From Clostridia bacterium (GTDB lineage Bacteria > Bacillota > Clostridia > Oscillospirales > CAG-382), in NCBI GenBank assembly GCA_017381715.1, contig JAFOBR010000050.1:1-63266 (forward strand): a DNA stretch of 63,266 nt, read 5' to 3'. Below, one piece after another: positions 36,491-46,154 of this stretch (position 1 is the stretch's first letter; every line of letters begins with the position of its first letter). The position numbers and the translations under genes are program-made. The notes under the pieces were generated by a model, which saw only the letters and a list, made by a program, of their open reading frames with translations, was not told the origin of the DNA and made no database searches.

Positions 36491-37288
36491 TTATCTGTCA
36501 CCCATTCTTTTTAAATATACGTTTATTTCTCCGCCGATCAAGAGTATATACATGCATACGTACAGCCACAGCATAGTCAACATCACCGTGCTTAGTGAAC
36601 CGTATATATCGGTATCGGTTAAAGAAACATAGATCGAATATAATTCCGTAAAAATTACCCATCCGCAAGCAGACAATACGGCGCCGGGCAGGTGCAGGGA
36701 AATAGGCATTTTCTCCGCAGGAAGAAAATAGTATATAACTCCAAACAAAACCGAAAGCACCGCCGCTTGAGTTATCATTTTTACAGCAACCAACAATGCT
36801 TTATATCCGAATTTAACAATTGTTTCTTCGATAAACCATTTTCCCATAAGCATAAGTCCTATGGTAAATACCAGTGCGGCAATAAAAACAACGGTATACA
36901 ATACCGCGCACGCCCGTCTTTTGAAATAATTGCGTTTTTCATTACATTCGTATACTTCGTTCAACCCACGCATAAGCGAATAAATTCCTTTTGAGGATGA
37001 CCATAATGCAGCAATGGCAGATACGGGTATCAGCTTTGCCTGTTTTGAATACAGTCCGTTGATTATATTCTTTACGGCAGGTCCGATGGAAGATGGAGTA
37101 ATGGAAAGTATAAGCGCAGAAAATTCCTCTTTATCGAAGGGAAGGTATTTAAGTGTTTCCAAAACTATCATACAAAACGGAAAGAAGGCAAGCAGTACAA
37201 AAAACGCTGTTTGCGCCGCATAAGCGGATAAATTGTGTTTGCCTATGCTTTTAACGAAATGGTTTATTCGACTTATAAAGCCGTTCAT
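36491..37288 (-). CDS. YihY/BrkB family membrane protein
   Basis: 265 aa, 6 TM helices, N-terminal HNLSAYAAQTAFFVLLAFFP typical of YihY. Confidence 0.8.
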   Translation of the reverse strand: MNGFISRINHFVKSIGKHNLSAYAAQTAFFVLLAFFPFCMIVLETLKYLPFDKEEFSALILSITPSSIGPAVKNIINGLYSKQAKLIPVSAIAALWSSSKGIYSLMRGLNEVYECNEKRNYFKRRACAVLYTVVFIAALVFTIGLMLMGKWFIEETIVKFGYKALLVAVKMITQAAVLSVLFGVIYYFLPAEKMPISLHLPGAVLSACGWVIFTELYSIYVSLTDTDIYGSLSTVMLTMLWLYVCMYILLIGGEINVYLKRMGDR

Positions 37289-37390
37289 TTTTTCTCCTTA
37301 TTTGTGAAAATTTTTCATTGACTAAAGGAAATTACTGTGTTATTATATATCAAATACAAACATTTATCGATTTTTGTTTGTTTTTAATGA

Positions 37391-38908
<1,518 letters not shown>

Positions 38909-38933
38909 TTCCCACTTTTTAACGGAGGATAAA

Positions 38934-40175
38934 ATGTACAGCAAAACTGATCTTAATTACCTTTCAAGCGTAACCGAAACCGTTGCCGCTTCCTCTCCCG
39001 AAGTTGCAGCAATTATCAATAAAGAGCTTGAGCGTCAACGTGATAACGTTTGTCTTATTGCCAGCGAAAACTTTACCAGCGCCGCAGTTATGGCGGCTAC
39101 CGGAAGCTGTCTTACCAACAAGTATTCCGAAGGTATGGTTGGTAAACGTTACTACAGCGGCTGTTCCGTTGTTGATGAAATGGAGCTTTTCTGCCGTGAA
39201 AAGTGGCTTGAGGTTTTCGGCGTTTCCGAAACTTACCACGTAAACGTGCAGCCTCACAGCGGTTCTCAGGCTAATTTTACAGCATATACCGCATTTCTTA
39301 CCAAAGGCGACACCGTTCTCAGTATGTCTCTTGCCAACGGCGGACATCTTACCCACGGTTCTCCCGTAAACAACAGCGGTAAGCTTTACAACTTCGTTCA
39401 TTACGAGGTTGATGAAGAAGGCTTTATTCAGTACGATGATATTGCCGCAAAGCTTCGTGAGCACAATCCCAAGCTGGTTGTTGCAGGCGCAAGCTCCTAT
39501 TCCCGTATTATTGATTTTGCCCGTATCAGAAGCATTATAGATGAATATACCGCAGAAACCGGCAACACCGTGTTCTTTATGGCAGATATCGCTCATATCG
39601 CAGGTCTTGTTGTTGCAGGAGTTCATCCCACACCTTTCGGTGTTTGTGATGTTGTAACTCTTACAACCCATAAGACACTCCGCGGAGCACGCGGCGGTCT
39701 TACCTTTGCCAAGAAGGAATATGCCAAGAAGATTGACAGTGCCGCATTCCCCGGTACTCAGGGCGGTCCCTTGCAGCACGTTATCGCAGGTAAGGCAGTA
39801 AGCGCTGTTGAATGTCTTAAGCCTGAGTATAAGACCTATATCGAAAACGTAGTTGCAAACTGCAAAGTTATGTGCGATGAATTCATCAAGATGGGTTACA
39901 AGGTAGTTACCGGCGGAACGGACAACCACTTGTTCCTCGTTGACCTTACTCCCAACAATGTATCCGGTCTTGCTGTTCAGAACGAGCTGGAAAGACGTGG
40001 TATTATTCTTAACCGTAATTGCGTACCCGGTGAAAAGCGTTCTGCTTACGAAACCAGCGGTATCCGTATCGGTACTGCACCCGAAACAACCCGCGGCTTT
40101 ACCGCAGAGGATTTTGTTAAGGTTGCTCACAGAATTGATGAAGCTATAAAAGACCTTATGGCGCAGAACAACTAA
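38934..40175 (+). CDS. glyA: Serine hydroxymethyltransferase
   Basis: ATG 38934 after GGAGGA; TTHKTLRG PLP-lysine motif; 413 aa. Confidence 0.95.
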   Translation: MYSKTDLNYLSSVTETVAASSPEVAAIINKELERQRDNVCLIASENFTSAAVMAATGSCLTNKYSEGMVGKRYYSGCSVVDEMELFCREKWLEVFGVSETYHVNVQPHSGSQANFTAYTAFLTKGDTVLSMSLANGGHLTHGSPVNNSGKLYNFVHYEVDEEGFIQYDDIAAKLREHNPKLVVAGASSYSRIIDFARIRSIIDEYTAETGNTVFFMADIAHIAGLVVAGVHPTPFGVCDVVTLTTHKTLRGARGGLTFAKKEYAKKIDSAAFPGTQGGPLQHVIAGKAVSAVECLKPEYKTYIENVVANCKVMCDEFIKMGYKVVTGGTDNHLFLVDLTPNNVSGLAVQNELERRGIILNRNCVPGEKRSAYETSGIRIGTAPETTRGFTAEDFVKVAHRIDEAIKDLMAQNN

Positions 40176-40184
40176 AAACTAAAC

Positions 40185-40229
40185 AAAAAATTACACCGTA
40201 GTTTTTTCGACTACGGTGTATATTTTTAT
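40185..40229. terminator. Bidirectional intrinsic terminator
   Basis: TACACCGTAG/TTTTTTCGA/CTACGGTGTA flanked by AAAAAA and TTTTT. Confidence 0.85.
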
Positions 40230-41914
40230 TCTTCTATTGCAGCTTTTTTGTTCAAAGCGCTTTTAAATAATTCGGGGTCGGCTTTAGGCTGTCTGTCGTA
40301 GGTAAAGAGCCCGTTCTTTTCCTGCTCGATATCATAAAGCTGTGTATAGCAAAGACCGCATATACGTTTATTACGCATCAATACGTCGGCAAGGGAAGTA
40401 AACCTTTCCACCAGATCTTCGGCGCTTACGGCGCAGTTACCGTATCCCCAAGCACCTTCTTCGGGATTAACTGCTGTTCCTCCGTATTCGCTCATAAATA
40501 CGGGAAGAACTCCGTCATAATTCTGTCTGCCGTTGTAAATGTCAAACAAGGAGCCATTTTCAAAGAAAGCATCATATCTTTCCGAATATACTTTGGGATC
40601 TTGTTCGTAATCGTGAAGATCGTAGCAATCGGTTTCATAATGGATACCGCCGCTCGCATCAATGCACGGACGGGTAGGGTCATATTCCTTGGTGAAACGG
40701 TATATTTCTCTTGTGTTTTCCCCTTGTTTTTCACCTGCATTCTGATCATTCATCGGATCATACATAGTTTCGTTGAGAGGACACCAACCGATAATTGATG
40801 GATGGTTGAAATCTCTGTCAATAATCTGTTTCCATTCATCAAGCAGGTTATTCTTCGCCTCGTCATCTGCAACACTTATACCCCAGCTGGGATATTCGCC
40901 CCAAACTATATAACCCTGCATATCGCAGATATAGAGGAAAAGGGGCTCAAACACCTTCTGGTGCAGTCTTGCTCCGTTAAATCCGCACTTTTTGGATATA
41001 AGAATATCATTTTCAAGGGCTTCCTTTGTGGGAGCAGTGTATATTCCGTCGGGATAAAAGCCTTGGTCAAGAACAAGTCGCTGGAAAACACTTTCGCCGT
41101 TAAACAGGTATTTTCCATCCTTGAATTCGGTGCTACGGAGTCCGACGTAAGAAAGCACTCTGTCTTTTCCGCATCTTATGGTAGCGTAATAAACGCCGCC
41201 TTTGCCGATTTCCCAGAAATGCACTTCGGTTAACTTGATTATGTATGAATCTTTTCCTTTGCCGTAACCGCAAAGCTTACCATTCCAATAAAGCTGAACC
41301 TCAACTTCGTCATCGGCAACAACTTCAACACGTACTGTTCCGTTTGCGGCATCGGGATAAAATTTAAAGGAATGGAGATATTTTTCGGGAACGAATTCCA
41401 GCCAAACCGTCTGCCATATGCCTGTGGTGCGGGTATAATAACAGCCATGGGATTCGGGCTTCATGGATTGTTTTCCGCTGGGCTGTAACTGTGAACAAGT
41501 GTCATCGTCTGCACAGACGGTAATAACGTTTTCTCCGTTGTTAAGATATTCTGTTATATCGTATGTAAAAGAGGATTGTCCGCCGTAGTGTTTTTCGAGC
41601 TGTGTATCGTTTATCCAGACGGTTGTTTCGTAATCGCATGCGCCGAAATTAAGCAAAGTTCGCATATCGTGCGCAGTGCTTACATGAAAGCTCCTGCGGT
41701 ACCATATTCTCTTTATGAAATCAGTATTTGCTATTCCTGAAAGTTTGCTTTCGGGAGCAAAAGGTACGTTTATTTTAAGAGGAAAAACGCTGTTTTTATC
41801 AAGCATTTTTTCATTATCTATCGCACATTCCCAAACACCGTTAAGATTGTGCCAGCTATCCCTTATGCACATAGGGTTCGGATGCTCTGCTCTGGGTATT
41901 TTATTAATAATCAT
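40226..41914 (-). CDS. Glycoside hydrolase family 2 protein
   Basis: WCPLNET (acid/base NE) and MSEYGG (nucleophile) motifs, sugar-binding N-terminal domain; 562 aa. Confidence 0.8.
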   Translation of the reverse strand: MIINKIPRAEHPNPMCIRDSWHNLNGVWECAIDNEKMLDKNSVFPLKINVPFAPESKLSGIANTDFIKRIWYRRSFHVSTAHDMRTLLNFGACDYETTVWINDTQLEKHYGGQSSFTYDITEYLNNGENVITVCADDDTCSQLQPSGKQSMKPESHGCYYTRTTGIWQTVWLEFVPEKYLHSFKFYPDAANGTVRVEVVADDEVEVQLYWNGKLCGYGKGKDSYIIKLTEVHFWEIGKGGVYYATIRCGKDRVLSYVGLRSTEFKDGKYLFNGESVFQRLVLDQGFYPDGIYTAPTKEALENDILISKKCGFNGARLHQKVFEPLFLYICDMQGYIVWGEYPSWGISVADDEAKNNLLDEWKQIIDRDFNHPSIIGWCPLNETMYDPMNDQNAGEKQGENTREIYRFTKEYDPTRPCIDASGGIHYETDCYDLHDYEQDPKVYSERYDAFFENGSLFDIYNGRQNYDGVLPVFMSEYGGTAVNPEEGAWGYGNCAVSAEDLVERFTSLADVLMRNKRICGLCYTQLYDIEQEKNGLFTYDRQPKADPELFKSALNKKAAIEE

Positions 41915-42019
41915 AAAATATTACTCCTTTGGTTGGTTAGTTTATTCTATCCTCTTTTTTATGGGTTGTCAATAGCTTTTTTGTGTGCTATAATAGCTTA
42001 TCGAAAAGAGGTTTTGAAT

Positions 42020-42487
42020 ATGCTGTTCAGAAAAGCAGTTAAAGATGACTCGGCGTTTATAGCCGAATCTCTAAAGGCAATTTTATCACTGCACGCAAAG
42101 GGAAGGGAAGATATATTCCGCTCTTCGGGTGCGAAATATACCGCAGAAGATATAGAAAATATGCTTTCTGATACGGATACGCATATATTCGTTGCGGAGA
42201 AAAACGGCGTTCTGTACGGCTATGCCATTTGTTATAAGTTAATAAAAAAAGACGATCCCGTGCTTATGGACCGTGCGGTATTTTATCTTGATGATCTGTA
42301 TGTTGTTCCCGAAACCCGGGGCAATGGAATAGGTCATAAATTTATGGATTTCCTGTTTGGTTACGCAAAAGAATGCGGATGTCAGTCCTTTGAGCTAAAC
42401 GTGTGGGAATTCGACGGCAGTGCCACCGGATTTTACGAAAAATGCGGCATGACCACACAAAGAAGAACAATGGAAAAGAAGTTATAA
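42020..42487 (+). CDS. GNAT family N-acetyltransferase
   Basis: ATG 42020 after AAGAGG; RGNGIGHKFMDF acetyl-CoA motif; 155 aa. Confidence 0.85.
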   Translation: MLFRKAVKDDSAFIAESLKAILSLHAKGREDIFRSSGAKYTAEDIENMLSDTDTHIFVAEKNGVLYGYAICYKLIKKDDPVLMDRAVFYLDDLYVVPETRGNGIGHKFMDFLFGYAKECGCQSFELNVWEFDGSATGFYEKCGMTTQRRTMEKKL

Positions 42488-42494
42488 TTACCGA

Positions 42495-42537
42495 TAAAAA
42501 AAGCCTATGAATCATAAGAAATTCATAGGCTTTTTTA
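42495..42537. terminator. Bidirectional intrinsic terminator
   Basis: AGCCTATGAAT/...loop.../ATTCATAGGCT flanked by AAAAAA and TTTTTT. Confidence 0.85.
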
Positions 42538-42548
42538 TGTTTAATTAA

Positions 42549-43271
42549 TTAACCGTTGTAAGCGTCCTTATCGCAGATAAGTACAACGTCGGGGTGAACC
42601 TTGAGCAGAGTTGCGGGGCACTGGGTAGTGATACGGTCGTCCTGCATCTTAACGATAACGTCGTGCTTGCCCTTGCCGCTTGCAAGAACGATGATCTTCT
42701 TTGCCTGCATAATGGAGCCGATACCCATGGTTACTGCCTGAGTGGGAACGTCTGCCTTGGAAGCAAAGAAACGGGAGTTAGCTTCGATAGTGCTGTCGGT
42801 AAGACCGGTGAGGTGGGTACCAACGTAAAGCTCATCTTCGGGTTCGTTGAAAGCGATATGTCCGTTGGGGCCGAGACCGAGAACCTGAAGGTCGATACCG
42901 CCTGCAGCTCTTATAGCTTCGTCATAAGCCTTGCCCATAGCAGCGGGATCTTCAGCCAGACCGTCGGGTACGTTGGTGTTAGCCTTGTCGATATCGATAT
43001 TATCGAACAGATTGTGGTTCATAAAGTAACGGTAGCTCTGATCGTGATCGGGAGCGAGGGGATAATATTCATCAAGGTTATAAGAAGTAACGTCCTTAAA
43101 GGTGATTTCACCTGCTTTGTTCATTTCGGTAAGGCACTTGTACATACCTACGGGAGTAGAACCGGTAGCAAGACCGAGTACGCAGGAAGGATTAGCCTTA
43201 ACGGTTTCCGCGATTATTTCTGCGCCCGCTTTGGACATTTCTTCGTAGTTTTCGCAAACAATAATTTTCAT
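42549..43271 (-). CDS. nagB: Glucosamine-6-phosphate deaminase
   Basis: 240 aa, LGLATGSTP motif and typical NagB length and sequence. Confidence 0.92.
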   Translation of the reverse strand: MKIIVCENYEEMSKAGAEIIAETVKANPSCVLGLATGSTPVGMYKCLTEMNKAGEITFKDVTSYNLDEYYPLAPDHDQSYRYFMNHNLFDNIDIDKANTNVPDGLAEDPAAMGKAYDEAIRAAGGIDLQVLGLGPNGHIAFNEPEDELYVGTHLTGLTDSTIEANSRFFASKADVPTQAVTMGIGSIMQAKKIIVLASGKGKHDVIVKMQDDRITTQCPATLLKVHPDVVLICDKDAYNG

Positions 43272-43312
43272 AACAAAAGTTTCCTCCGTTTATGTTTGAA
43301 TTTACAAACAGG

Positions 43313-43341
43313 ATTTTAACACATTCTTTAATATATTTCAA
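43313..43341 (-). promoter_or_regulatory. Sigma-A type promoter for nagB
   Basis: Minus strand: TTGAAA (43336-43341), 17 nt, TAAAAT (43313-43318). Confidence 0.5.
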
Positions 43342-43361
43342 GATATATGGGCAAATTTTGT

Positions 43362-43403
43362 AAAAATAATGCCGGCACATTTTCTGTGCCGGCAAATATT
43401 TTT
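43362..43403. terminator. Intrinsic terminator ending the decarboxylase-pump operon
   Basis: TGCCGGCACA/TTTTC/TGTGCCGGCA with T-rich tracts on both strands. Confidence 0.85.
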
Positions 43404-43710
43404 AAGCTTTTTTATCCTTAAAGAGGGTGAGAAGGTACATTACACAAACGATTATAGCGGTTACAAGGAAAATACCGAACATACCGAATCCCATAATTTC
43501 AAGAGATCTGATAGTATTTGCATACTTACCGTCTTCATTTTCTTCGGAAACTTCTTCGCTTACCGTTTCGGACACTTCATCAACAACTTCGGAAGATTCG
43601 TTAACGGAAACTTCGGCTTCGCTGCCTTCTGCAAAAGCGGGAACAGCAAAAGAAGAAAGCAGGGAAAGAGTAAGAATAGCTATGAACAATGCAGAAATTA
43701 TTTTTTTCAT
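43402..43710 (-). CDS. Small secreted/anchored protein with OadG-like C-terminal TM helix
   Basis: Signal peptide ending AFA-EG, acidic Ser/Glu/Val-rich linker, then LEIMGFGMFGIFLVTAIIVCVMYLL, which resembles the OAD_gamma helix; 102 aa. Confidence 0.55.
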   Translation of the reverse strand: MKKIISALFIAILTLSLLSSFAVPAFAEGSEAEVSVNESSEVVDEVSETVSEEVSEENEDGKYANTIRSLEIMGFGMFGIFLVTAIIVCVMYLLTLFKDKKA

Positions 43711-43725
43711 ATCAAGTCTCCTCCT

Positions 43726-44850
43726 TTAACCCAAAATACTGAGGATTATACCGCCCGCAATAACGGAAGCAACCTGACCGGAAACATTTACTCCGATAGA
43801 ATGCATAAGCAAGAAGTTCTGGGGATCTTCTTTAAGACCCATCTTATGAACAACGCGTGCGGACATAGGGAAAGCGGAAATACCGGACGCGCCGATCATG
43901 GGATTAACCTTCTTCTTGGTGAAAAGGTTAAGGAATTTAGCAAACAGAACGCCGCCTGCGGTATCAAAGATAAATGCAACAAGACCGAGACCGATAACGA
44001 TAAGGGTATCCCAACGGAGGAAATCGCTTGCTTTCATAGTGAACGCAACAACGATACCGAGAAGCAGGGTAACGAGGTTTGCAAGAACCTTCTGCGCGGT
44101 TTCGGAAAGGGAATCAAGTCTTCCGCATTCACGGATAAGGTTACCGAACATAAGGAATCCGATAAGGGATACACACTCGGGAGCGATAAGACCAACGACA
44201 ATAGTTACGATAATGGGGAAGAATATACGAGTTTTTCTGGAAACACCCTTGGGAGAATATTCCATACGTATAAGTCTTTCCTTTTTGGTAGTAAGAAGCT
44301 TGATAACGGGAGGCTGAACGATGGGAACAAGCGCCATATAAGAATATGCGGCAACTATAATTGCGCCGATATACTTCGTTCCGAACTGTCCTGCAACGAA
44401 AATACTGGTAGGACCGTCAGCGGCACCGATAATTGCTATTGATGCAGCGTCTGTGATGAGGAATCCTTCGCCAAACAGACCAAGGTCACCAAGCAAAGCG
44501 GCGAGAAACAAGGTCATAAATATACCGAACTGTGCTGATGCACCGAACAGCATAAGCTTGGGATTGGAAAGAAGAGGACCAAAGTCGATCATAGCGCCGA
44601 TACCGATAAACAGCAAAAGGGGTAAAAGCTCGTTTTCGATAGTAGCGCTGTAAAGTGTTTCGATAACCTCGGGTGCACCGGCCACGGGAAGGTTTACAAG
44701 TATTGCGCCGAAACCCATGGGCAAAAGCAGGGTAGGCTCCATATCAAATTTGATAGCAAGGAAAATAAGAAATGCGCCTATAATCCACATTGCTATCATT
44801 CCGGGCTGTTCCATTACGATTTTAACGGCATTTTCGTAGATAAATTCCAA
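43726..44850 (-). CDS. Sodium ion-translocating decarboxylase beta subunit (OadB/GcdB/MmdB family)
   Basis: LAIKFDMEPTLLLPMGFGAILVNLP and multi-TM body typical of OadB; TTG 44850 ten nt after AAGGAG (ATG 44814 is an alternative). Confidence 0.85.
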   Translation of the reverse strand: MEFIYENAVKIVMEQPGMIAMWIIGAFLIFLAIKFDMEPTLLLPMGFGAILVNLPVAGAPEVIETLYSATIENELLPLLLFIGIGAMIDFGPLLSNPKLMLFGASAQFGIFMTLFLAALLGDLGLFGEGFLITDAASIAIIGAADGPTSIFVAGQFGTKYIGAIIVAAYSYMALVPIVQPPVIKLLTTKKERLIRMEYSPKGVSRKTRIFFPIIVTIVVGLIAPECVSLIGFLMFGNLIRECGRLDSLSETAQKVLANLVTLLLGIVVAFTMKASDFLRWDTLIVIGLGLVAFIFDTAGGVLFAKFLNLFTKKKVNPMIGASGISAFPMSARVVHKMGLKEDPQNFLLMHSIGVNVSGQVASVIAGGIILSILG

Positions 44851-44865
44851 AAAATCACATCTCCT

Positions 44866-44911
44866 TAAATAAAAATAGACCTTTACCGTCAACAAAAGAC
44901 GGTAAAAGTCT
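44866..44911 (-). terminator. Leader intrinsic terminator directly upstream of the decarboxylase beta RBS
   Basis: Minus strand: AGACTTTTACCGTC/TTTTGTT/GACGGTAAAGGTCT (14 bp with one G-U) followed by ATTTTTATTT, then AAGGAG. Confidence 0.8.
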
Positions 44912-44995
44912 TGCAATTGAATGTCTGCGCGGACCGTTTCGGCCGTATTGACGCTGTAGACAACGGCATACGCCGCCTGCTACTCCCTTTTACTT
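44912..44995 (-). promoter_or_regulatory. Structured 5' leader (candidate riboswitch or attenuator sensor, class not identified)
   Basis: Lies between the predicted TSS and the leader terminator. Possible hairpins (minus strand): GGCGGC/GTAT/GCCGTT, and TGTCT..GCG..GGCCG/AAA/CGGTCC..CGC..AGACA. Confidence 0.4.
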
Positions 44996-45001
44996 CGCCG
45001 A

Positions 45002-45030
45002 ATTATACCATATCGAAACCTGTTTGTAAA
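45002..45030 (-). promoter_or_regulatory. Sigma-A type promoter for the decarboxylase-pump operon
   Basis: Minus strand: TTTACA (45025-45030), 17 nt, TATAAT (45002-45007) preceded by TGG. Confidence 0.55.
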
Positions 45031-45104
45031 TACTTTATACAAAAAATATTTACTTAATATGTAATTTATGTTATAATAAAAATAATAAAATTCAGGAGAT
45101 TAAA

Positions 45105-46154
45105 ATGCACAATTCTCAAGGAAAAAAACCATCGTCCAAGCTTACGGCGGTATATATCGGAATCATTGCTCTTATAATCATAGGAGTTGCCGTATATATT
45201 GCTGTTAAGTACGATGCCGTTGAAGTTCTATCTACGATTAAAAATATAGATCCTGTTTTCGTTTTATTGGGAATATCTATGATCTTTTTTCAACTATATT
45301 CCGAAGCGGGATGTTTAAAAATACTTTTTTCCCTTTTAGGCAGAAAAATATCCTTTTTTTCCGCTTCCGGTTATGCGGGAACTGATCTGTTGTATTCTAA
45401 TATTTCTCCTGCACAGCTTGCCGGCCTCCCTGCAGCAGGATACTCAATGTACAAAGACGGAATTGACACACCATCTGCTTGCAACGTGCTTGCCATTTAT
45501 TCAATGTGTAACCGTATCGCTGTTGTCATCGTAGCAACCGCCGCTGTTTGTATCTTTCCTTTATTGCTAAGTACCGGCTCAGCCCTTTTTATCTCTTTAT
45601 TTATTTACGGATCTGTTGTTAATCTGTGCATAGTTGCCGTATTTGCCATCGCTTTATTTGCCCCTTCCTTTGCAAGAAAACTCATTCCCGGTACCGTTCG
45701 CTTTTTCACCCGTTTTAAAATATTTCGTATTACCGAAGCTACCGTTGAAAGATCCGTTCAAAGCGCAGAGGATTATATTTCCGCTTCCAGGATCATTCGC
45801 TCTTCCCCCCTTACGGTGTTTGCGGTGTTATTCATCTGTATAGTTAAGCGAATTATCAACTTTTCAATCGTTTACTTTGCTTATCTTGCCTTCGGTTTAA
45901 GAAACGAATCCTTTATTTATATTGTTTCTGTACAATCGGTGTTGGCTGTTTCTTCGGAATCGGTTCCCATTCCCGGTTCTGCGGGCGTAGCGGAAAACGT
46001 TTTTACCATACTTTACAGCGGTGTTTTCGGCCCCAGACTGTATATTCCTGCTATGATCGTCACCCGTGCTCTTAATTTCTTTGCATTGCTGGTAGTTAGC
46101 GGCGCTCACTCTTTGTTATATAGTTTTATGAACAGAAAGGAAAAACAAAAATGA
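45105..46154 (+). CDS. Flippase-like membrane protein (LPG_synthase_TM / UPF0104, YbhN-like)
   Basis: 349 aa, 8 TM helices, N-terminal K-rich segment then typical UPF0104 helices. Confidence 0.7.
   Translation: MHNSQGKKPSSKLTAVYIGIIALIIIGVAVYIAVKYDAVEVLSTIKNIDPVFVLLGISMIFFQLYSEAGCLKILFSLLGRKISFFSASGYAGTDLLYSNISPAQLAGLPAAGYSMYKDGIDTPSACNVLAIYSMCNRIAVVIVATAAVCIFPLLLSTGSALFISLFIYGSVVNLCIVAVFAIALFAPSFARKLIPGTVRFFTRFKIFRITEATVERSVQSAEDYISASRIIRSSPLTVFAVLFICIVKRIINFSIVYFAYLAFGLRNESFIYIVSVQSVLAVSSESVPIPGSAGVAENVFTILYSGVFGPRLYIPAMIVTRALNFFALLVVSGAHSLLYSFMNRKEKQK

Noticed and set aside
42594-44442. 241 aa and 357 aa plus-strand ORFs opposite nagB and the decarboxylase beta subunit
   Set aside because: They are antisense to genes with strong family signatures. 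The 357 aa product is a hydrophilic, low-complexity mirror of a membrane protein.
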